DNA of 52,439 nt from an uncultured Alphaproteobacteria bacterium (GTDB lineage: Bacteria > Pseudomonadota > Alphaproteobacteria > Rhizobiales > TMED25): NCBI GenBank assembly GCA_938074435.1, contig CALJEH010000090.1, forward strand, positions 1 to 52,439, in the 5' to 3' direction. Position 1 is the first letter of the stretch. Each line of letters opens with the position of its first letter. The position numbers and the translations under genes were made by a program. This document shows positions 46,126 through 52,439 of the stretch, in pieces. The notes beneath the pieces were generated by a model. That model did not search any database. It worked only from the letters and a program-made list of their open reading frames with translations, and had not been told where the DNA came from.

Positions 46126-47343
46126 ATGAATCTATCAATCAGTTTCCCTTCTTTCCAAAGTAAGGAATTTCAAAAATATACTGCAGGTAATTTCTTTGCA
46201 ATGAATGGGCTATGGATTAATAGAGTGATTATTGGATGGCTTGGCTGGGAATTAACAAATCTTGCATCTTGGGTTGGTTTTTTATCTTTTCTACTTTTTG
46301 CCCCAACAATTTTTGCAGGTCCCATATTTGGGGTGATAGTTGATCGTATTGATATAAAAAAATTCGCAATCTATACACAGTCTATTATTTCAGCGACAGT
46401 ACTATTCTTGTGGGTACTATATTTTTTCAATTTATTGAATATTATTAATTTATGCATTATAGCACTTGTAATTGGTATATTTACAAGCGCGGATAGAATT
46501 ACTCGACACACCCTTGTTCCAAGAATAATTGAAAAAAAAAATCTTGTTAATGCATTAGCGATACACGGGATTAATTTCAATACTGCTCGACTACTTGGTC
46601 CTGCATTTGCAGGTGTTTTAATTCAATTCACCAGTTTTTCATTTACAATTTTTATAAATTTCTTGTGTTTGTTAGCTATGCCAATTGCACTGATCACTAT
46701 TAAAGTGGCTGAAAAAGTTTCAGAAGAAAAAGAAAGAAAGAATATTTTATCAGAGTTTTTTGATGGTGCAAAATTTGCTATTAGTCACAGTGTCATTTTA
46801 GAGGCTTGCGCAATTACAGCGCTCTATTCTCTTTTTGCTCGTGGAGCAATTGAAATTCTTCCAGCTGTAGCAGGAGGGATTTTTAGTGTTGGTCCCGAAG
46901 GCCTTGGCCATATGATGGCAACTGCTGGTGCAGGCGCGCTTGTTGCAGCCATATTTATTGCTATGAGAAGGTCAAAAAATCAGGAAAGGGGGATTCCCTT
47001 TAGAGTTTATTTTTCATCATTTCTTGGCTTATTGGCTGTTATAATTCTCGGTATATCTTCTAATTGGTATGTCGCACTTTCTGCTATATTCATAATGGGA
47101 TTCTGTATGACTATAAATGGAATAGATCTTCAGGCTGTTGTTCAACTAGAGCTTAATGACACATACAGAGGCAGGGTTATGAGTCTATGGATTCTTCTTG
47201 TTATTGGTCTTGCAGCAATTAGCTCTATTCTGATGGGTGCTTTTGGTGACATTCTAGGCATAGAGAATACCCTAATATCATTTTCAATTTTTGGGATTAT
47301 TTCGTTGATAACGCTATTATTAACAATAAATAAAAAATATTGA
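46126..47343 (+). CDS. MFS transporter (MFS_3/DHA3-like)
   Basis: About 12 hydrophobic segments, GVIVDRID motif A, FNTARLLGPA, YRGRVMS. Confidence 0.9.
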   Translation: MNLSISFPSFQSKEFQKYTAGNFFAMNGLWINRVIIGWLGWELTNLASWVGFLSFLLFAPTIFAGPIFGVIVDRIDIKKFAIYTQSIISATVLFLWVLYFFNLLNIINLCIIALVIGIFTSADRITRHTLVPRIIEKKNLVNALAIHGINFNTARLLGPAFAGVLIQFTSFSFTIFINFLCLLAMPIALITIKVAEKVSEEKERKNILSEFFDGAKFAISHSVILEACAITALYSLFARGAIEILPAVAGGIFSVGPEGLGHMMATAGAGALVAAIFIAMRRSKNQERGIPFRVYFSSFLGLLAVIILGISSNWYVALSAIFIMGFCMTINGIDLQAVVQLELNDTYRGRVMSLWILLVIGLAAISSILMGAFGDILGIENTLISFSIFGIISLITLLLTINKKY

Positions 47344-47383
47344 TGGGTATACTTATAAGTAAAATTATGAAGGAGATTTCTCT

Positions 47384-48376
47384 ATGAAAGCAGCTGTAAT
47401 TGGCTTGGGTTGGTGGGGTAAGGTAATTGTAAAAAACCTTATTAAAAGTAAAAAAATAAATGTTATTTGTGGTGTTGATCAGGACTTATCCAACCTTTCT
47501 GATTTTGGAAAAGAATACAACATTGAACTGAGGAACTCATATGAATCTGTTCTTGAAGATCAAAATATAGATGCTGTAATTCTTGCAACGCCTAATCGAC
47601 TTCATCACATTCATATTATTCAAGCTGCGGAAGCTGGAAAACAAATTTTTTGTGAAAAACCACTCTCATTAAGTTCGCAAGATGCCAAAGATGCAATAGA
47701 GGTATGTAATAACCGAGGAATTGTTCTTGGTTTAGGGCATGAGAGACGCTATGAATCTGCAATGAAAAGTTTATTTCAACATGTAAGAAATGGTGATATC
47801 GGAAATGTGCTTCATGTTGAAACTAACTTCAGTCATGATTTGTTTAAAACACTTGATAAAGACAATTGGAGATTCAGTCCAATAGATGCGCCTGGAGGAG
47901 GCTTTACTGCAAGAGGAATTCATTTAACAGATTTTATGGTCCATATGTTTGGCAGAGCAAAGAAAGTGTATTCAACCATGTCAAGTATTGCATACGAAAA
48001 GCCAAGGATTGATACAATGTCTGCAAATATAGAGTTTTTGACTGGGATTACAGGTATTGTTTCGGTATCTATTGCCACTCCCTTTTATGGTAGATATACC
48101 GTATTTGGTGATAAGGGTTGGATTGAAGCGAGAGAAATTAATAATTTTGAACATGATGATCCAGGCGAGCTCGTTCTTTGTAAAGAAGGGGGTGATAGAA
48201 TTATAACTACACATACTCACACAAATACTGTACTTGAAAATTTTGAGTGTTGGCATGATGCTGCAGTTAACGGCGAAAAATATCCAATTTCAACTGATGA
48301 GATGATTGCAAATATTGAGATATTTGAAGCGATTGTAAAATCAGGTGATTCAGGAGAGGTTGTAGAAATTATTTAG
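47384..48376 (+). CDS. Gfo/Idh/MocA-family oxidoreductase
   Basis: IGLGWWG, DAVILATPNRLH, IFCEKP, GIHLTD; AAGGAG RBS. Confidence 0.92.
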   Translation: MKAAVIGLGWWGKVIVKNLIKSKKINVICGVDQDLSNLSDFGKEYNIELRNSYESVLEDQNIDAVILATPNRLHHIHIIQAAEAGKQIFCEKPLSLSSQDAKDAIEVCNNRGIVLGLGHERRYESAMKSLFQHVRNGDIGNVLHVETNFSHDLFKTLDKDNWRFSPIDAPGGGFTARGIHLTDFMVHMFGRAKKVYSTMSSIAYEKPRIDTMSANIEFLTGITGIVSVSIATPFYGRYTVFGDKGWIEAREINNFEHDDPGELVLCKEGGDRIITTHTHTNTVLENFECWHDAAVNGEKYPISTDEMIANIEIFEAIVKSGDSGEVVEII

Positions 48377-48932
48377 AAGTTATCTGCGCTCTTTTGTTTG
48401 CTTCATCAAAGACTTTATGCGAGTGTTCAACTTTATATTCACTTTCAACCAATGTCTCGGGTTCCCATTCACTCTTAGGAGTGTCAAAAAAATCACCGCC
48501 ATACACATGTAAAGCACAAGTAAATTTATTTGTTGGATTAATTACAGAATGAATAATATCACTGCCGAGTGGAACAGTATCAAATTTTTCGAGTGATTTT
48601 GCGCCGGCTGCTTCAATTTTACCGTGTTCTTTATTATCTAATCGTCGCCAAAAAATATTATCCTCACGTCCTGAGTAAACACCAATTGCAGCCCACATAT
48701 TATGATTGTGGGGCATGATTGTCATATTTGGCGTCCAAATTACATTTATTATTGAAAATTTATCAGATTGGTAAAGTTTTTGAATCCCACCTTTTGTTGG
48801 CTCACCAAGTTTCTTGAATATACCAATTGGATCTTCTACTGCTTTTGAGAGTATATCAATGACAGCCTTGTGGTTGTTTATTTTATCGATACGGGCATCA
48901 CATTCTTCAATAAAATTTTCTAGATCAAACAT
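48369..48932 (-). CDS. Cysteine-dioxygenase-like cupin
   Basis: WTP.....PHNH..W, G.E.N, IHSV.NP, LHVYG. Confidence 0.8.
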   Translation of the reverse strand: MFDLENFIEECDARIDKINNHKAVIDILSKAVEDPIGIFKKLGEPTKGGIQKLYQSDKFSIINVIWTPNMTIMPHNHNMWAAIGVYSGREDNIFWRRLDNKEHGKIEAAGAKSLEKFDTVPLGSDIIHSVINPTNKFTCALHVYGGDFFDTPKSEWEPETLVESEYKVEHSHKVFDEANKRAQITSK

Positions 48933-49028
48933 ATGTATAACTTGTATTTTTTTTCTTAAGTATTTACTATATCAGAAAATCAAATATTGTTAACTTTGAA
49001 TATACTTATTTAATCCAAATTTAATTTC

Positions 49029-50195
49029 ATGAAAAAAAAGCCAAGAATATTAAATAAAGTTTTTGCACTAGATGATCTAGAGTATCATGCAATGAGACAT
49101 TTACCAAGGCCAGTTTTTGGTTATATTTCAGGTGGTTCTGAAAGAAATCAAACACTTGACATGAATTTACATGACCTGCAAAAAATAAAATTTATACCAA
49201 ATATCTTGAGGGATGTTTCGGAACGATCAATCATTACATCACTGTTCGGTAATAAATGGAATGCGCCATTTGGTATCTCACCAATGGGGGTCAGCGCGCT
49301 TGCCGCATACAGGGGTGATATAGTTCTAGCAGAAGCTGCTAGAAATATGAATATACCAATGATCATTAGTGGATCATCCCTAATACCAATGGAAGAAATT
49401 ATAAAATTAGCACCTGAGACATGGTTCCAAGCTTATTTACCAGGTGATCATGATAAAGTTGAAAAGTTAGTTCTTCGTGTTAAAAATGCAGGTTTTAAGA
49501 CACTCATTCTAACAGTGGATGTATCAGTCTTAGCGGGTAGAGAAAATAATCTTAGAAATGGTTTCTCAACTCCTTTAAGACCCTCTTTTAGATTAATGTA
49601 TGATGGAATGATCAGACCCAAGTGGACTTTAAATACATTTTTAAGAACGCTTTTAATCCATGGTATGCCTCACTTTGAGAATTTTCTTGCTGATAGAGGT
49701 GAGCCAGTTTTTTCAGCTTCCATAAATCGTGATTTTGGTAAAAGGTCTAACTTGAACTGGGAGCATCTAAAGCAAATAAGAGACTTATGGGATGGTAATC
49801 TTATAGTAAAGGGAATATTAAACAAAGATGATGCGATTAAAGCGCAGAGCATGGGTGCAGATGCTATTATAATATCAAATCATGGCGGCAGACAACTTGA
49901 CTCAGCCATATCATCAATCAAAGCTCTCGAGAACATAAAGCCAGTAATCAAAGGTGACTTTAAAATATTTGTTGATAGTGGTTTTAGGAGAGGTACGGAT
50001 GTCATTAAAGCCTTGGCTATTGGAGCAGATTTTGTCTTTATCGGGCGACCATTTTTATATGCAGCTTCTATAGCAGGTCAAGAGGGGGTTGAACACTCTA
50101 TACAATTATTAATGGAAGAAATTGATAGGGATATTGCCCTATTGGGAGTTAATTCTATTGATGAATTGAATACAAATTTATTGTACAAAGACTAA
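49029..50195 (+). CDS. FMN-dependent alpha-hydroxy-acid oxidase/dehydrogenase (LldD/MdlB family)
   Basis: PFGISPMG, WFQAY, LTVD, SNHGGRQLD, DSGFRRGTD, GRPFLY. Confidence 0.93.
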   Translation: MKKKPRILNKVFALDDLEYHAMRHLPRPVFGYISGGSERNQTLDMNLHDLQKIKFIPNILRDVSERSIITSLFGNKWNAPFGISPMGVSALAAYRGDIVLAEAARNMNIPMIISGSSLIPMEEIIKLAPETWFQAYLPGDHDKVEKLVLRVKNAGFKTLILTVDVSVLAGRENNLRNGFSTPLRPSFRLMYDGMIRPKWTLNTFLRTLLIHGMPHFENFLADRGEPVFSASINRDFGKRSNLNWEHLKQIRDLWDGNLIVKGILNKDDAIKAQSMGADAIIISNHGGRQLDSAISSIKALENIKPVIKGDFKIFVDSGFRRGTDVIKALAIGADFVFIGRPFLYAASIAGQEGVEHSIQLLMEEIDRDIALLGVNSIDELNTNLLYKD

Positions 50196-51160
50196 ATAAT
50201 ATCAAATAATCCCGTACTTTTTAGATCTTCTTTTAATTCCTGTTTTTTTTCATCACTTATTTTAATAACTGGTGGCCTTGTCCTTCCACCTTTCATACCA
50301 ATGAGTTCTTGCCAATATTTCATTTCACTGATAGGCATTCTGCCACTATTCCAATATCCCATAATCCATTTTGCATGGAGTTCCCTGAGTGGCTGAATTG
50401 ATTTAGCTATCTCAGTGGCTCTATTTATCTCACCATTTAATGCAGCATCTGTATAATCTTTTAGAGGCAACCAACCTTTTGATTGATATAGATGTGGATT
50501 GTAATTTACAAGCCACTGCAGTCCGAGTTGAGTCATACTGGTTAGCCATGGCGCTTCATCTGCTACAGATATCACTATATCTTTTCCTACAGAGTCTATT
50601 ATTGAGTGAGTAGAAGCTGGCGACCCATCAGCTTGCTTATATCCGCAGATATTTGGAAGTTTTGATAGCCGTTTTGCGAGATTAGCATTTATTGGATGAC
50701 AATTTTGAGGAACATTGAATAGGATTATACCAATGTCAACTCTTGAGCAGATGTATTCATAAAATTGATAGACAGTTTCGTCGTCTCTGGCTGCAACATA
50801 TGGTGTGAGCACAATTACAAAATCATAACCAATTTCTTGAGCATGTTTTGCTAGTGTAACTACTTGCTTTACTGACTGATGGTGACAACCTGCAATCATA
50901 GGGATCCTATTTTGTGCTTGGTCAAGCATTACTTCATGTGCATGCATTCTTTCATTATCAGGCATTGACCAAAATTCAGCAATATTACCTGAACAATAGT
51001 GCCCATCAACTTTTATGTTCTCGATTATATGATCCATATTTGATCGATTAGCAACATCATCAAAATTATCATCTTCATCCCAGCAATATGGCATGGCAGT
51101 CCATATTCCCTTCAATAACTCTCTAGCTGCTTCTTTAGATTCTTTCTTCGAATATTTCAT
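50192..51160 (-). CDS. DapA/NAL-family class I aldolase-like protein (not canonical DHDPS)
   Basis: SGNIAEFWSM, LTPY, ILFNVP, Schiff-base Lys in ICGYKQ. Confidence 0.85.
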   Translation of the reverse strand: MKYSKKESKEAARELLKGIWTAMPYCWDEDDNFDDVANRSNMDHIIENIKVDGHYCSGNIAEFWSMPDNERMHAHEVMLDQAQNRIPMIAGCHHQSVKQVVTLAKHAQEIGYDFVIVLTPYVAARDDETVYQFYEYICSRVDIGIILFNVPQNCHPINANLAKRLSKLPNICGYKQADGSPASTHSIIDSVGKDIVISVADEAPWLTSMTQLGLQWLVNYNPHLYQSKGWLPLKDYTDAALNGEINRATEIAKSIQPLRELHAKWIMGYWNSGRMPISEMKYWQELIGMKGGRTRPPVIKISDEKKQELKEDLKSTGLFDII

Positions 51161-51171
51161 AATAATTTTAA

Positions 51172-52104
51172 CTATTTTGGATCTTTTTTACCAAAGGGTA
51201 CATCATCTATTCCTTCGCGTTCTTCAAGCCCAGCCATACCTCTGAGAATTTCATAAAATGATACAGTATCCTTTTCAGCATATCCTTTTTCATATGCGGC
51301 TTGATAGATCTGTGATAGAACGGATGTCATTAATGTAGGTGACCCAAGTATCTGTCCTTGTTCAATCATCAGTCTGTTATCTTTGAGTGAAGTCTTTATT
51401 TGACCTTGTTTTGAGTAGTCAGCATTTATCATTTTTGGACCTTTATCTATCATTGTTTTTGATGATGCTGCGCTGTCCTTTAACACTTCTAATAAATTTT
51501 CTTGTTCAAGTCCCGCTTTGTGTCCAAGAACCAATCCTTCTGCAAGAGCAAGTCTATTTCCAGCAAGTATAAGATTAATAACTAATTTGGTTCTTGCGCC
51601 TGATCCTACAGGCCCCATGTAGTAGGCGGCTCTACTAAAGCCTTCAAAATATCCCTTACATACATCGAAGTCTTCTTTTTTACCACCCGCGATTACTATT
51701 AAATCACCGGCTCTTGCCATTGTACTCGTTCCACTAACTGCTGAATCCAAAAATTTTATTCCTTTTTCTGCAAGATCTTTTGAGAGGGATATAGAATCTT
51801 CTGGTCTAGAAGTGGTAGTGTCACAAATATAAAGATTATCTGATGTCACTCCTTCTGCAATCCCATTAGACCCTACAGCTGCATCTCTTGCAATTGTACT
51901 GTTTGGGAGTGACATTATTACACAATCAACATCCTTAGCTGCATCAGCTGGAGTATTGACCGGAGTTCCTCCTTGTTCTCTTAATTCATCCATTCTGTTG
52001 GGGTCAACATCAAATCCTTGAATAATAAACTGTGATTTTCTCATATTTAGAATGAAAGCTTGCCCCATCAGACCCATACCTACAATACCAACTTTTTTAA
52101 CCAT
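51172..52104 (-). CDS. Beta-hydroxyacid dehydrogenase (3-hydroxyisobutyrate dehydrogenase family; start 52104 or 52116)
   Basis: GIVGMGLMG, DSAVSG, GSGARTKLVIN, LAEG. Confidence 0.9.
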   Translation of the reverse strand: MVKKVGIVGMGLMGQAFILNMRKSQFIIQGFDVDPNRMDELREQGGTPVNTPADAAKDVDCVIMSLPNSTIARDAAVGSNGIAEGVTSDNLYICDTTTSRPEDSISLSKDLAEKGIKFLDSAVSGTSTMARAGDLIVIAGGKKEDFDVCKGYFEGFSRAAYYMGPVGSGARTKLVINLILAGNRLALAEGLVLGHKAGLEQENLLEVLKDSAASSKTMIDKGPKMINADYSKQGQIKTSLKDNRLMIEQGQILGSPTLMTSVLSQIYQAAYEKGYAEKDTVSFYEILRGMAGLEEREGIDDVPFGKKDPK

Positions 52105-52118
52105 TTCTCTCTCCATTT

Positions 52119-52439
52119 CTATAGTGTTATTACAATTTTACCAATTTGACTATTACTCATCATGTATTCACGACCTTGATCTATCTCATCAAAGTGGAAT
52201 ACCTTATCGATTATTGGTTTGTTATTATCTGAATCAAGGTGAGGGAGTATATCTCTTTTAAAACCTTCAACTGTTTGAATAATATCATCCTTTGTTACAA
52301 AAGCATTTGATATACCATGTATACTGTATCTCTGTGCGTGAACTTTTCGAATGTTTATTGGAACAGTATCCATTCCATCCATGTAGCCTACATTAACAAT
52401 AATTCCCTTAAATGATAGAGCATTCATAGCATCATTAAA
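52119..52439 (-). CDS. MDR-superfamily quinone oxidoreductase-like protein, C-terminal part (truncated by window edge)
   Basis: G.IVNVG, KPIIDKVF.FDEI, MMSNSQIGKIVI C-terminus; frame open to window end. Confidence 0.8.
   Translation of the reverse strand, partial: FNDAMNALSFKGIIVNVGYMDGMDTVPINIRKVHAQRYSIHGISNAFVTKDDIIQTVEGFKRDILPHLDSDNNKPIIDKVFHFDEIDQGREYMMSNSQIGKIVITL

Overview
AT-rich, tightly packed chromosomal segment of a streamlined alphaproteobacterium. The gene order and an LigA insertion look Rhizobiales/Rhodobacterales-like, and a marine origin is an inference. Positions 1-30 kb are core genome: the end of the dcw cluster (ftsQ-ftsA-ftsZ-lpxC-bamD-recN-ligA), aminopeptidase P, prmA, uvrD, fumC, sspB, a circularly permuted two-piece tmRNA gene, thyA-folA-hflK-hflC-DUF2065-degP, serB, miaA, and an ilvIH-ilvC-leuA operon with a Leu/Val/Ile leader-peptide attenuator, ending at tRNA-Lys(CTT). 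Positions 30-52 kb are accessory: a Liv-type ABC transporter, a sitABCD Mn/Fe transporter with a Fur/Mur box, and a catabolic cluster of unknown substrate (alpha/beta hydrolase, ACMSD-like amidohydrolase, group D flavin monooxygenase, M24 hydrolase, MFS, two Gfo/Idh/MocA enzymes, CDO-like cupin, alpha-hydroxy-acid oxidase, atypical DapA-like aldolase, dehydrogenases). The most striking observation is the 184-nt intervening segment of the permuted tmRNA. It carries a complete RBS-bearing 49-codon gene for a single-helix membrane peptide, clamped by a stem that extends the tmRNA acceptor stem and includes the ORF's own stop codon. Also missed by the ORF track: a 59-aa ORF behind a LysR-type box, DUF2065 and the ilv leader peptide. 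No integrase, transposase, CRISPR array or rRNA was seen.
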